Notes: a model not told the origin generated them from the letters alone. A DNA stretch of 64,000 bases from an uncultured Actinomycetota bacterium (GCA_963770565.1 CAVYQE010000001.1:1120001-1184000); one strand, 5' to 3'. Shown: positions 1-11,083, counted from the stretch's first letter. Program-made: numbers and translations.

Positions 1-347
1 ACACGATCCCGTCCGAGGGTGCCACCGGCTGGGCCGACACCTGGATGCTCGCGACCAACGCGCCCGACCCGAACTGCGCCTACAAGTGGATGCAGTGGGT
101 GACCACCCCCAAGGTGCAGGCGCAACAGGCGGTCTACTTCGGCGAGACGCCGGCGAACAAGCTCTCGTGTGGGTTGATGAACAAGGAGGCGAAGGGCTCG
201 TGTGCGGCGTACCACGAGAACGCACCCGAGGCGTACTTCAACACGATCAAGTTCTGGAAGACCCCACTCGCACAGTGTGACAACGGCAAGAACGACTGCG
301 TGCCGTATCTGAAGTGGGAGTCGGCCTGGACCCAGATCACGAGCTGA
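1..347 (+). CDS. Polyamine-type ABC transporter substrate-binding protein (PotD-like), 5' truncated by window
   Basis: Open frame from window edge (TIPSEGATGWADTWM...PNCAYKW); directly upstream of two permeases. Confidence 0.8.
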   Translation, partial: TIPSEGATGWADTWMLATNAPDPNCAYKWMQWVTTPKVQAQQAVYFGETPANKLSCGLMNKEAKGSCAAYHENAPEAYFNTIKFWKTPLAQCDNGKNDCVPYLKWESAWTQITS

Positions 348-353
348 TCGCGG

Positions 354-1265
354 GTGTCAGAGGTCGTCGCCGGCCCTTCGACCCAACCGTCGAGGGGCCG
401 GCACCGGATCAGCGCGGCGCTGTGGCGCCGGGCCTGGTTGCGCGCGACCCTGACGCTGACGCCGCCCCTGGCGTGGTTCCTCGTCATCTACCTGGCGTCG
501 CTCGTCGTCATGTTGATCACGGCGTTCTGGTCCGTGAACCCGTTCACCCTCTCGCTGGTGCACAGCTGGAACCTCGACAACTTCCGGGAGCTGTTCACCG
601 CGACCTACCTGCGGATCATCGGCCGCACGGTCGGGATGGCCGCGCTGGTTACGGTGACCGACGCGATCGTGGCCTTCCCGTTCGCGTACTTCATGGCCCG
701 GGTGGCGACGCCGCGGACTCGCAACCTGCTGTTCGCGGCCGTGTTGTTGCCGTTGTGGGCGAGCTATCTCGCCCGGGTCTACGCCTGGATCGTGATCCTG
801 CAGGACAACGGAGTCCTCAACTGGTCGCTGGCGAAGATCGGACTCGGGTCACCCAACCTCGGTTACTCCAACACCGCGATGTGGATCGTCTTCAGCTACA
901 TCTGGTTGCCGTACATGATCGTGCCGGTCTTCGGCGCGCTCGAGCGGATCCCGAGCAGCCTGCTCGAGGCATCGGCCGACCTCGGCGCCCGCGGCGCGCG
1001 CACCACGTGGCGGGTGATCCTGCCGCTGGCGCTGCCGGGTGTCGTCGCCGGATCGATCTTCACCTTCGCGCTGACCCTGGGTGACTTCATCACGCCGTTG
1101 CTGGTCGGCGGGGCCCGCTCGAACTTCATCGGCAACGTCATTTACTCGAACATCGGCGTGGCCGGCAACCTGCCGTTCGCCGCGACCCTGGCGATGGTGC
1201 CGATCGCAATCATGATCGTCTACCTGGTCGGCGCCCGGTTCCTCGGCGCCTTCGAGGACGCCTGA
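354..1265 (+). CDS. ABC transporter permease (PotB-like)
   Basis: Multiple TM helices; EAA loop LLEASADLGA. Confidence 0.9.
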   Translation: MSEVVAGPSTQPSRGRHRISAALWRRAWLRATLTLTPPLAWFLVIYLASLVVMLITAFWSVNPFTLSLVHSWNLDNFRELFTATYLRIIGRTVGMAALVTVTDAIVAFPFAYFMARVATPRTRNLLFAAVLLPLWASYLARVYAWIVILQDNGVLNWSLAKIGLGSPNLGYSNTAMWIVFSYIWLPYMIVPVFGALERIPSSLLEASADLGARGARTTWRVILPLALPGVVAGSIFTFALTLGDFITPLLVGGARSNFIGNVIYSNIGVAGNLPFAATLAMVPIAIMIVYLVGARFLGAFEDA

Positions 1266-2059
1266 TGGCCGGGCGGGTCGGTGCTGTCCTGTTGCGGCTG
1301 TGGGTGGTCGCGGTCCTGCTGTTCTTGTTCGTGCCGATCCTCACGGTGATGCTCTATGCGTTCAACAAGTCCAATGTGCAGAGCTGGCCGATTCCCGGCT
1401 TCAGTACGCGCTGGTTCACCGTCGCCTGGCACGACCCGCAGGTCCGCTCCGCGTTGTGGTTGTCGATCAAAGCGGCCTGCTACGCCACCGTCATCGCGGT
1501 ACTGCTGGGGTCGGCGGCCGCGTTCGGCGTACACCGGTTCCGGTTCTTCGGCCGGGAAGCCGTGTCGCTGTTCCTGGTGCTTCCGTTGGCGCTGCCGGGC
1601 ATCATCACCGGCATCGCGCTGAACTCCACCTTCATCTTCGCGGGCGTGAACTTCTCGCTGACGACAATCGTGATCGGGCACGCGACCTTCTGCATCGTGG
1701 TCGTCTACAACAATGTGATCGCCCGGTTGCGGCGAGTGAGCGGGTCGATGGTCGAGGCGTCGATGGATCTCGGCGCGAGGCCGTGGCAGACCTTCCGGTT
1801 CGTGACGTTGCCGATGATGTCGACTGCGCTGGTCTCCGGCGCGTTGCTGGCATTCGCGCTGTCCTTCGACGAGGTCATCGTCACCACCTTTACCGCCGGC
1901 GCGCAGAACACGTTGCCGCTGTGGATCTTCGGCGCGATCCGGCTCGGCCAGCAGCTGCCCGAGGTCAACGTGGTCGTCATGGCCGTGCTGGTGCTGACTG
2001 TCATCCCGGTCGCGATCTCGGTGCGGTTGTCCGGGCGCAGCGGGATCGCGGGGCGCTAG
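1265..2059 (+). CDS. ABC transporter permease (PotC-like)
   Basis: EASMDLGA loop, SFDE motif, TGATG coupling with previous gene. Confidence 0.9.
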   Translation: MAGRVGAVLLRLWVVAVLLFLFVPILTVMLYAFNKSNVQSWPIPGFSTRWFTVAWHDPQVRSALWLSIKAACYATVIAVLLGSAAAFGVHRFRFFGREAVSLFLVLPLALPGIITGIALNSTFIFAGVNFSLTTIVIGHATFCIVVVYNNVIARLRRVSGSMVEASMDLGARPWQTFRFVTLPMMSTALVSGALLAFALSFDEVIVTTFTAGAQNTLPLWIFGAIRLGQQLPEVNVVVMAVLVLTVIPVAISVRLSGRSGIAGR

Positions 2060-2577
2060 CTGCTCGGGTCGGGGATCGCCGCACCCGAGGGCAGGCCGGC
2101 CTCGACGTGCGCGTCGAAGATCGGCTGGAAGCCGCTCATGTTGGCTTCGCTGTGCGCGCCCTCTCCTGGCTTGCCGTCGACCACCTTGGCGAGCTCGCCG
2201 AGGCAGATGGTCCAGCCGGAGGCGTTGCGGGCCGCGGTGCCCCGCTCGCTGAGCAGGTTGGTGAGCACGAGCCGGCAAGAGTCCGGCTCGATCGGCTCGA
2301 GGTCGAAGCGAAGCTCGTCGTCCCGCCAGGTGAAGGCAAGCCGGCGCGGCGGGTCGTAGGCAAGCACGGTGCCGGTCACTTCCTCGGCGTGCGGATCGTC
2401 GAAGAAGCGCATCGCACCACCGGTGCGCGGCTCGATCTCGACCGATGACGGGAACCAGTGGATCAGCTCGCCCGGATCGCTGATCGCTGTCCACACCCGC
2501 TCGACCGGGTGCGGATAGGTGCGTTCGAAGCGGACGGCGGGCCGGCCGTCGATCTCGAGATAGCAACCGAGTTCCAT
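2056..2577 (-). CDS. SRPBCC/AHSA1 domain protein
   Basis: MELGCYLEIDGRPAVRFERTYPHPVERVWTAISDP...ASGWTICL; start overlaps the ArsR stop. Confidence 0.85.
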   Translation of the reverse strand: MELGCYLEIDGRPAVRFERTYPHPVERVWTAISDPGELIHWFPSSVEIEPRTGGAMRFFDDPHAEEVTGTVLAYDPPRRLAFTWRDDELRFDLEPIEPDSCRLVLTNLLSERGTAARNASGWTICLGELAKVVDGKPGEGAHSEANMSGFQPIFDAHVEAGLPSGAAIPDPSS

Positions 2578-2921
2578 CAACTCTCCTTGCCGTCGTGGCT
2601 GACCTCGGCGGCGGTGTCGAGGTGGCGGCCGAGGGCGTCGAGCCGGTCGTTCCACAGCTCGCGGTAGGGCGTCAGCCAGGCGTCGAGCTCGGCGAACGGG
2701 CCCGGGTCGATCGAGTAGATCCGTCGCTGCGCGTCGCGCTGCACCCGGACCAGGCCGCAGTCGCGAAGGACCCGAAGGTGCTTCGAGGCGGTCGGCTGGT
2801 TGAGGGGCAGGGCATCGACGAGCTCGCCGACCGAGCACGGTCGGGTCCGGATCTGCTCCAGCAGGGCGCGCCGCTGCGGGTCCGCAAGCGCGGTCCAGGT
2901 CGTCGTGGTTAGAGCAGTCAC
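2577..2921 (-). CDS. ArsR/SmtB family transcriptional regulator
   Basis: ALADPQRRALL...SKHLRVLR...RIYSI wHTH; classic ArsR-SRPBCC pair. Confidence 0.9.
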   Translation of the reverse strand: MTALTTTTWTALADPQRRALLEQIRTRPCSVGELVDALPLNQPTASKHLRVLRDCGLVRVQRDAQRRIYSIDPGPFAELDAWLTPYRELWNDRLDALGRHLDTAAEVSHDGKES

Positions 2922-2928
2922 GGTGGTT

Positions 2929-2968
2929 GAATATTCCCTAACACGTATATACGTGTCAAGGCATATAC
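2929..2968 (-). promoter_or_regulatory. Putative promoter/operator of ArsR-SRPBCC operon
   Basis: Perfect palindrome ACACGTATATACGTGT (2941-2956) overlapping TTGACA on - strand. Confidence 0.6.
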
Positions 2969-3038
2969 GGCGACTTGCCTCAAGCCGCGCACATTACGCT
3001 GGCCGATTCGCCGCCGGCTTCGGGTCGAGGAGTGCGCA

Positions 3039-3938
3039 GTGCAGTTCATCTACGGCTATCCCGAGCTCCGAGGCAGCGACGGGAGCCGGCTCGACCCCGG
3101 GCCGGTCGCCGCCCTCGCCGCCGCCGCGGAGGCGGCCGGCTTCGACGGTTTCGCGGTGACCGAACATCCGGCTCCGTCGGCGAAGTGGCTGGCCAGCGGC
3201 GGTCACGCGACCCTGGATCCGTTCGTGGCGCTCGGCAACGCCGCTGCCGTGACCACCCGGCTGCGGCTGCTGACCTACCTCACCGTGTTGCCGTACCGAA
3301 ACCCGATGCTGGTCGCCAAGGCGGCCGCGACGGTCGACATCGTGTCCGAAGGCCGGTTGATCCTGGGCGTCGGGACCGGGTATCTCAAGGGCGAGTTCCG
3401 CGCGCTCGGCGTCGACTTCGACGAGCGCAACGAACTTTTCGACGAGGCGTTGGACGTGCTCCCGATGCACTGGAGTGGCGAGCCGTTCAGCTATCAGGGC
3501 CGGCACTTCGAGGCGCGCGACGTGGTCGCCCGACCGGCGCCGCCGCGGGCGTCGATCCCGATCTGGATCGGCGGCAACTCGGCGCTGACCCGGCGGCGGG
3601 TGGCCGAACGCGGGCACGGCTGGATGCCGATGATCGGCCCGGCCGAGCTGTTCGCCACCACGCGCACGCCGTCGGTCGCGGGCGGCGCCGAGCTCGCGCC
3701 GATGATCGACGACGTGCGCGCGAGTGCAGCAGGGCGCGGTGTCGAGATCGACGTTGCAGTGGCCTACAACGACTTCGACGGCGCCGATCCGGTCGCCGAT
3801 CTGGAGCGACACCGCGAAGCGTTCGCGCAGCTCGCGGCGGCCGGAGTGACGTGGATCGTGATCCCCGGTACGACGACGTCGCGCGCTTCTTCGCTCGACT
3901 TCCTCGCCGCCTTCGGCACGACGTACCTCGGTTCCTGA
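3039..3938 (+). CDS. LLM class (probably F420-dependent) oxidoreductase
   Basis: AEAAGFD...EH, DPFVAL, GRLILGVGTG, PIWIGG motifs. Confidence 0.9.
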   Translation: MQFIYGYPELRGSDGSRLDPGPVAALAAAAEAAGFDGFAVTEHPAPSAKWLASGGHATLDPFVALGNAAAVTTRLRLLTYLTVLPYRNPMLVAKAAATVDIVSEGRLILGVGTGYLKGEFRALGVDFDERNELFDEALDVLPMHWSGEPFSYQGRHFEARDVVARPAPPRASIPIWIGGNSALTRRRVAERGHGWMPMIGPAELFATTRTPSVAGGAELAPMIDDVRASAAGRGVEIDVAVAYNDFDGADPVADLERHREAFAQLAAAGVTWIVIPGTTTSRASSLDFLAAFGTTYLGS

Positions 3939-4180
3939 CGCCGAGGCTTGCAAGCCCCACTCAGCGGTTGGTCGTGGCCTGGCAGATTCGGACGAAGCCA
4001 TGCGAATCGAAGAAGGCGGATGCCGATGCCATGTTGAAGCGCGATGGCCGATGAGGGGTCATAGAGCCCCCCTATGTGGCCATGGCGCCCGGCCACCATC
4101 CCGCCCGCCGGAAAGCTCCCTGGTGCCAGAGGTGGCCGACATCGTCGCGACCGAAGAGCCCGTAGGCTGGCTTGGCATCG

Positions 4181-4735
4181 ATGCAAGGAGGGGTTGTGCT
4201 GACGGTTTTCGGTTTCGACCAGGTTGCGGTCGTGGTCGGCGACCTGTACTTCGTCGATCCCAGCCCGGCGCCCGGGCAAGAAGGTGCGGAGCGCGGCGTG
4301 CGGGTCGAGGTCCGCTTCATCGAGCCGCAGGCGCACGACGGCTCGATCTATGCAGCGCGGCCAATCGTGGTGGGCGAGCCGATCTGGCGGCTTGATCTGC
4401 TCGAGTCGGTAGCGGGCCAGCCGGGCAGCTTCGACCGGACCCACCATCACCCGTTGATGCGCGGGTACGAGCCGGGGTCGCGCCGGTTCGAACGCGAGCT
4501 GTCGTCCGATCCGCTCGGCTACCTCGCCGACCGGCTGCGTGATTTACCCGGATTGCTCGAACAGGCGGAGCTCCCCGCTACCCGCGCCTCCGACGAGGAC
4601 CTCCGGCAACTGTCCGGTTCGGTCGACGACATCGTGACGGCGACCGGCGCGATGCTCGAACAGGTACGCCGTGGCGACTTGGCGCGCGCTGCCGAGCCAG
4701 ATGAGTCGGGCCTCGCCCGCACCGGCTGGCTCTAG
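4181..4735 (+). CDS. Hypothetical protein
   Basis: Coding-like GC3 bias; GAERGVRVEVR and DRTHHHP segments; start uncertain. Confidence 0.7.
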   Translation: MQGGVVLTVFGFDQVAVVVGDLYFVDPSPAPGQEGAERGVRVEVRFIEPQAHDGSIYAARPIVVGEPIWRLDLLESVAGQPGSFDRTHHHPLMRGYEPGSRRFERELSSDPLGYLADRLRDLPGLLEQAELPATRASDEDLRQLSGSVDDIVTATGAMLEQVRRGDLARAAEPDESGLARTGWL

Positions 4736-4751
4736 GGCATCGGCGAGGTCG

Positions 4752-5261
4752 CTAGCTGCGTTCGAGCACTCCGCGAATGAACGCGGCCTGGCCGACGTGC
4801 TCGAGGTCGTCGCAGATCACGCTGACCAGCCGGACGCCGAGCGTCACCGGCGGATCCCATCGGTGGTCGACGATCCGGTCGAGATCGTCGTCGGTGAGCC
4901 CGGCCAGGTAGCCGACAGTCTGGTCGTGCACCGCCCGGTGATAGCCGATCAGGAGATCGGCCGACGCCGGTTGCACCGCGGCGACCTCCTCGCTGCTGTG
5001 CGAGTAGCCGGTCTCCGCCAGGTCGAACGGCAGCCCGAAGCGATCGGCCCAGCCCTGCGACTGCCAGACCTGCTCGAGGTCGGCAACCGCGGCGACGTGA
5101 TCGTCCTGGATCCGGGTCAGGTGCCAGATCAGCCAGCCGATCGAGTTGGCCCGCCGGTCGAGCCGGTGGGCGAGCTGCGCAGCGGTCAGCCCGCCGGCAG
5201 CCTGGTCGACCGCGTCGCAGATCCGGCCGAATGCATCCGTGAGCAACTCTGCGGTTCTCAC
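4752..5261 (-). CDS. DinB/DUF664 family (mycothiol transferase-like) protein
   Basis: NSIGWLIWHLTRIQDDH...DDLEHVGQ. Confidence 0.85.
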   Translation of the reverse strand: MRTAELLTDAFGRICDAVDQAAGGLTAAQLAHRLDRRANSIGWLIWHLTRIQDDHVAAVADLEQVWQSQGWADRFGLPFDLAETGYSHSSEEVAAVQPASADLLIGYHRAVHDQTVGYLAGLTDDDLDRIVDHRWDPPVTLGVRLVSVICDDLEHVGQAAFIRGVLERS

Positions 5262-5375
5262 TCGGCTCGCCTCATCACGAGCAAACGATAACGGCCGGGC
5301 CGACTCGGCGGCCATCCCACCGCCGCTGGCCTACAGTTGAACGAGCACCACGAATCCGCGCGAAGGGATGCCGCG

Positions 5376-5642
5376 ATGACCGAGCAGCCTGGTGACGTCC
5401 GCGAGGTGCTGCGCGCGCTGTGGAGCGCCGACGGTGAGCCGGCCACCGATGTCGATGAGGATTTCCCGGCCAAGAAGGCCTGCAAGAACATGAAGGATGT
5501 CAGCTTCGACGGGTTGGCCGAGCCGGGCAGCGACCTGCGCGCCGCGTGGCGTGACCGGCTCGCCCGCGAAGGCAAGCTGAGCCCTTCCGGCCAGAGCATC
5601 CGCGACCTGGTGCTCGGCAGCGACGTACCGGCTGATCGCTGA
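5376..5642 (+). CDS. Small hypothetical protein leading the coxDE operon
   Basis: MTEQPGDVREV... 88 aa, ends 29 nt before coxD. Confidence 0.6.
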   Translation: MTEQPGDVREVLRALWSADGEPATDVDEDFPAKKACKNMKDVSFDGLAEPGSDLRAAWRDRLAREGKLSPSGQSIRDLVLGSDVPADR

Positions 5643-5671
5643 GCCTCGACCAGGCCTCGGGAGCGCGCTGG

Positions 5672-6539
<868 letters not shown>

Positions 6540-6547
<8 letters not shown>

Positions 6548-7679
6548 CGAAACGACGCAGGCGCCGGTCGTCGGCATGTTGGTCGACCTCGGGCACGAGC
6601 TTCGCGCGGCCGGGCTGCCGGTCGGATCTGGCGACGTTCTTACCTATTGCGCCGCGATGGCGCCGCTCGACCCGACCGATCTCGTCGACCTTTACTGGGC
6701 CGGCCGCGTGACGCTGGTGGCGCGCCGCGACGACATCGCGAAGTACGACGCGGTCTTCCGGCGGTTCTTCCTCGGTGACGCGGCCGACGTCCCCGAGCCG
6801 CTCAAGCTGGTGATGCGCGCGACCGCGCACAGCCTCTCGGTCCTCGAAGTGCCGGCCACCGAGCCCGGCAAGGACGGTCACGATGACCGCGAAGCCAGGC
6901 TCGGGCTGGTCGGCTCGGACGCTGAGATCATCAAACACAAGTCGTTCGCGGCGTGTACGCCGGACGAGCTCGCCGCGCTGCGGCGGATCATGGCGCAGAT
7001 CCGGTTGCAGCCGCCGCGTCGTCGTACCCGGCGGACCGAGTCCAGCCGGGCCGGCCGGGCGCCCGACCTACGACGGATGGTGCGGGAAAGCCTGCGGATG
7101 CACGGCGAGCCGCCGCAGCTGTACTGGCGGGACCGCAAGCGACGGCTGCGGCCGCTGATCCTGATCCTTGACGTCTCGGGGTCGATGGCGGACTACTCGC
7201 GCAACCTGTTGCAGTTCGCTTACTCGGCCCGCCGGGCGACCACCCGGGTCGAGGTGTTCTGCTTCGGCACCCGGCTCACCCGGATCACCAAAGAGCTCGA
7301 GCGGCGTCGCCCTGATGAGGCGCTCGACCGGGCCGCGAAGGCGGTGTTCGACTGGGAGGGCGGGACCAGAATCGGTGCGTCGCTGCAGGCGTTCGTGCGC
7401 GACTGGGGCCGGCGGGGGATCTGCCGAGGCGGCATCGTGGTGATCTGCTCGGACGGGCTCGATCGCGGTGACCCGAGTGTGCTCGCGGCGGCGATGGAAC
7501 GGTTGTCGCGGCTGTGTTATCGGGTGGTCTGGATGAACCCGCACAAGGGCAATAGCCTGGACTTCCAGCCGAGCACGCTGGGAATGATGGTGGCCGCGCC
7601 GTACATCGACGTGCTGGCGTCGGGGCACGACCTGAACAGCCTTGAAGAGTTGGCCGCGCTACTACCTGGGCTGCACTGA
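6540..7679 (+). CDS. coxE: VWA domain protein CoxE
   Basis: MIDAS DVSGSM, FCFGTRLTRIT, GGTRIG, SDGLDRG, WMNP; overlaps coxD. Confidence 0.88.
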
Positions 7680-7709
7680 GCCCGAACTGTCTCGAAGGAG
7701 GGTCGGCCG

Positions 7710-8027
7710 GTGAGGTGGAGCGTGGCCATCGAGGCCGAGGGCGACCGGGTGCTCTCCCGCGAAGAGGTGGTCGAGCTCGCCGACGCGGTCGCCGCGTGCG
7801 ACGGGATCGCGAGTGGCATCGGCACCACGCGGTACGGCGCGCAGCTCGTGGTCGAGGCGTCCGGGCTCGACGAGGCGATCGAGGCGGCAAAGGCGGAGTT
7901 CGCGGCCGCAGCGCAGCGCGCCGGGCTGCCGGCCTGGCCGGTCGTCCGGGTTGAAGCGGGGAGCGAGGCCGACCTGCTCGACGTAGACGACGAGGCGGAG
8001 TTCGGCGAGCCGGACGAGTTCGGATGA
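7710..8027 (+). CDS. Small acidic hypothetical protein
   Basis: RBS AAGGAGG upstream, coupled (ATGA) to next ORF. Confidence 0.7.
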   Translation: MRWSVAIEAEGDRVLSREEVVELADAVAACDGIASGIGTTRYGAQLVVEASGLDEAIEAAKAEFAAAAQRAGLPAWPVVRVEAGSEADLLDVDDEAEFGEPDEFG

Positions 8028-8467
8028 TCCGGCTCGGATCGCTCGCGGGGTATCCGTTCGAAGGACCGCGGGTGCTCGGTGGGTGGACGGCACCGGCGGT
8101 CCCTGCGGTCTACGCGATCGTCTACAAGCCGAAGCCTGAGGCGCAGCCCGAGCAGTACGCCGTGATCTTCATCGGCCACTCCGAGGACCTGTCGGCCGAG
8201 TCGTTTCCGTTCAACCACCCGCGCGCGGCGTGCTGGGTGGCCCGGGCCGGCGACCGGTGGAAGGTCTACATCTGCACGTACGAGATCCCCGGTGGCACGC
8301 CGTCACATCGCGAGCGGATCGCGCAGGAGCTCGGCGCGATCTACCAGCCGGCCTGCAACGAGCAGCAGTTCGACCGGTCGTGGAAGGACGAGTGGATCGG
8401 CAGCTACGAACGCGCGCCGAACACCGGACCGCTCACCACCGGCCGCGAGCCCGACGCCCACGGGTGA
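8024..8467 (+). CDS. Hypothetical protein, possible GIY-YIG-like fold
   Basis: AVYAIVY...VIFIGHSEDL, distal PACN; strong coding bias. Confidence 0.7.
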   Translation: MIRLGSLAGYPFEGPRVLGGWTAPAVPAVYAIVYKPKPEAQPEQYAVIFIGHSEDLSAESFPFNHPRAACWVARAGDRWKVYICTYEIPGGTPSHRERIAQELGAIYQPACNEQQFDRSWKDEWIGSYERAPNTGPLTTGREPDAHG

Positions 8468-8480
8468 CCTGGTCCTGGAT

Positions 8481-9032
8481 TCAGGCAGGATCCGCGTCGC
8501 GTAGCCCGACGAGGTCGTGGTCCCAGAAGGTCTGGCGGTAGACCAGCGTTCCGGTCATCCAGGGCTCATATGCCGGCAACGTCTTTACCTGGAACGCTGC
8601 CTCGGGGATGCGGAGCGAGGGTCGCCTGAAGCGATGCGCCGAGCCGGCGGAGAAGCCGAATCGCCGGTAGTACACCGGGGAGCCCTCGAGGAAGACGAGC
8701 GGTACGCCGCGGCGGCTCAGCTCGTCGAGGCCGTACCGGACCAGCGCGCTACCCACACCGCGGTGCTGGTGCTGCGGCGCCACGCCAAGCGGGCTGAGTA
8801 CCTGCACGTCGACCAGCCGGTCCGGCGCGTCGAGCAGGTTGCGGGTGAAAAGCGCATGCCCGACGACCTCGTCGTCGTCGATCGCGACGAGGGAGAGCCC
8901 CGGCTCGTGTGCAAGTGACTGCCGCAGGTCGTCGACGAGCGCGGCGACGACCACACCGGCGGTGCCGAACGCTGCCTGTTGGACCTGCGCGACGGCGGTC
9001 TGGTCAGCCGGGCGTTCTTCGCGGATCTGCAC
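8481..9032 (-). CDS. GNAT family N-acetyltransferase
   Basis: LSPLGVAPQHQHRGVGSALV, EGSPVYYRRFGF. Confidence 0.9.
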   Translation of the reverse strand: MQIREERPADQTAVAQVQQAAFGTAGVVVAALVDDLRQSLAHEPGLSLVAIDDDEVVGHALFTRNLLDAPDRLVDVQVLSPLGVAPQHQHRGVGSALVRYGLDELSRRGVPLVFLEGSPVYYRRFGFSAGSAHRFRRPSLRIPEAAFQVKTLPAYEPWMTGTLVYRQTFWDHDLVGLRDADPA

Positions 9033-9136
9033 GTCGCGACCATACGCATCGGCGCTGGCTGACCGCCTGTGGATTGCGGCTGGCCGTTGTCGGCATCCCC
9101 ACTAACACCGACCCGCCCCGCACCCAAGCAGCCTGA

Positions 9137-9874
9137 TCAATGCACCTCGAGCGCATCGAGGTCCCGGACCGCGTAGCGGTTGTGCTCCCACTCCTCGTTG
9201 AGGATCACGTGCAGGCACGCGAGCACCGTGTGCGGGCTGTTGGGGTGGCCAGGCGTCGGCGGTGGGATGCAGACTCGGTCAAGCTCCTCGGGCGTCACGG
9301 CCGCGATGGTCTGCTTCATTTGGTCCATCCGCTCACGACGTACGACGAGAACCTCATCGAGCGATGGGTTCGCGGCCGGGTCGAGGCCCCAGCTGCGGGG
9401 ATCAGTGAGCCAGGTGCCGGCGAGCCCCCACGGGTGGTACGGGCGGCCCAGGCCCTTGATCATGCGCTGCAACCAGCAGTCGGTCGCGAGGATGAGGTGG
9501 CGGAGCGTCTCGATGAAGCTCCACTCGTCGTCGACGCGTTCGGCGAGCGCCGACTGAGGCAGCGCCCGGGCCCTCGCCACCGTTGTGTCCCAGGTCCCTT
9601 CGAGCATCACCCAAGCCGTCGCCAAAGCGGCCGGCTCGGTGGCGCGCAGCATCGCCCGCTCCGGGAACATTCGCTCCAGCTCGGCTTCCACCAACGGCGC
9701 CACCTCCACGCCGTTCAATCGCAACCCTTCTAGGTCTCCCGAGATGTCGGCGCCGTCGAACCAGGCGTCAGTGATCCTGGCGCCCGCGAAGTTCGGCGCG
9801 TGCAAGCGGGCGCCGGAGAAGTCCGCGTCTTCGATCCGGGCGCCCGGCAACGACGGCCCCTTGTCATATCCCAT
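9137..9874 (-). CDS. Pentapeptide-repeat + DinB family protein
   Basis: N-terminal ADFSGARL repeats; WSFIETLRHL; EEWEHNRYA. Confidence 0.85.
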   Translation of the reverse strand: MGYDKGPSLPGARIEDADFSGARLHAPNFAGARITDAWFDGADISGDLEGLRLNGVEVAPLVEAELERMFPERAMLRATEPAALATAWVMLEGTWDTTVARARALPQSALAERVDDEWSFIETLRHLILATDCWLQRMIKGLGRPYHPWGLAGTWLTDPRSWGLDPAANPSLDEVLVVRRERMDQMKQTIAAVTPEELDRVCIPPPTPGHPNSPHTVLACLHVILNEEWEHNRYAVRDLDALEVH

Positions 9875-9911
9875 GTGAGCTTCTTACCCCCTGCGTACGA
9901 CAGCGCAGCGG

Positions 9912-10283
9912 TTAGACCGAGGCGGCTTCCTCGTCGGGGGTGTAGCCGACTGCCTCGTTCAGGCGCGAGCGGCGCCGGCCCATCGCGGGCTTCGCCGGCG
10001 GCCGCTCGGCGTGTGCGGCCTCGGGGGAGAAGGTGGCGCCCGCCACGATTCCCTCGGCCATCCCGTAGAGCAGCGGCAGTGCTCCGGCGACCACGCCGCC
10101 GGTGCGGTTGATGTGCTCGACGCCCGGTGCGATCGGTTCGGCGTTGGCGACGATCTCGCGGACGATCCCCGCGCACTCTTCGAGGTTCGTCGCGATCCGG
10201 GTGAGCTGCCCACCGACGACGAATAGGTAGAAGGCGAGCCCTGCGATCAGCAGGACGATGTCGATGACAGAGAGCACGACCAT
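9912..10283 (-). CDS. Small single-TM coiled-coil protein (cox-linked TM5)
   Basis: N-terminal hydrophobic helix then amphipathic heptads; RBS GAGGA; 3 nt from previous ORF. Confidence 0.75.
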   Translation of the reverse strand: MVVLSVIDIVLLIAGLAFYLFVVGGQLTRIATNLEECAGIVREIVANAEPIAPGVEHINRTGGVVAGALPLLYGMAEGIVAGATFSPEAAHAERPPAKPAMGRRRSRLNEAVGYTPDEEAASV

Positions 10284-10286
10284 CGG

Positions 10287-10589
10287 TCAGGTCCTCACCT
10301 TCGACAAGACCCGGCCTAAGAACAGATGGTGTTCGAGGCCCTCGGCCAGGACGGCGTCGACGCCGAGTGCGACCTGCCCGATCAGCGCGGTATCCGCGGT
10401 GTTGGTCGCGGCCGCTCGAAGGGTGTCGCGGACCATGACCACCCGCTGGTCGATCGTCCGAACCAGCAGCACCAGGATCGTCAGCAGCGCGGCGACCGCG
10501 AGCACGATCACGAACCCGCCGATGATCGCGCCCCACCACAGGTGCTTCTGGGTCGAGGTCAGCGCCAGATATGTGGCGTGGTGGGACAT
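10287..10589 (-). CDS. Small single-TM coiled-coil protein (cox-linked TM4)
   Basis: WWGAIIGGFVIVLAVAALLTILV TM; abuts previous ORF. Confidence 0.75.
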   Translation of the reverse strand: MSHHATYLALTSTQKHLWWGAIIGGFVIVLAVAALLTILVLLVRTIDQRVVMVRDTLRAAATNTADTALIGQVALGVDAVLAEGLEHHLFLGRVLSKVRT

Positions 10590-10868
10590 CTAGCCTCCCA
10601 ACTTGTGCCGGCCGCGCTCGAGGCCGGCGATGATGATCCCGGCGTGCTCGATCGTGGTGTTGAGATCCGCCAGTGCCGCGGTGTTGTGGACCGACTGTGT
10701 CAACGAGTCGTTGATCATCAACGCCTCTTTGCCGATCGACCGGGCGAGCAGCAGGATCGGTACGACGAGGGCGACGACGACCAGCACCACGACGATCGTG
10801 ATGGTGTAGCCGATCGCCCATCCGGTGGTCGACGTATCGGCGACGGCCAGGACGTGAAGTGCGGTCAC
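10590..10868 (-). CDS. Small single-TM coiled-coil protein (cox-linked TM3)
   Basis: WAIGYTITIVVVLVVVALVVPILL TM; RBS GGAGG. Confidence 0.75.
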   Translation of the reverse strand: MTALHVLAVADTSTTGWAIGYTITIVVVLVVVALVVPILLLARSIGKEALMINDSLTQSVHNTAALADLNTTIEHAGIIIAGLERGRHKLGG

Positions 10869-10873
10869 GGTGA

Positions 10874-11065
10874 TCAGCCTCCCGATCCGGACGAAGGCGT
10901 TTCGCGGACGCAGTTGGCGACCACGAAGTTGACCAGCGACTTCGTCGGTGCCGGGATCCGGTGCTTGACCACTACGTGCGAGCCGACCTTGCCCATCAGT
11001 GCGTCCATCGTCGGCGCGGTGAAATGGGTCTTGCAGACCGGGCTGCCGCAGGTGAACTCATACAT
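10874..11065 (-). CDS. Small Cys/His protein, DUF1059-like
   Basis: FTCGSPVC...VGSHVVVKH pattern; RBS GGAGG. Confidence 0.65.
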   Translation of the reverse strand: MYEFTCGSPVCKTHFTAPTMDALMGKVGSHVVVKHRIPAPTKSLVNFVVANCVRETPSSGSGG

Positions 11066-11083
11066 TACGTTTCCCCTCCCCGC

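Noticed and set aside
3943-3958. Palindrome GAGGCTTGCAAGCCCC resembling an RAE
   Set aside because: It lacks the central bases of the 19-bp element and lies just after a stop codon; more likely a terminator-type or chance hairpin.
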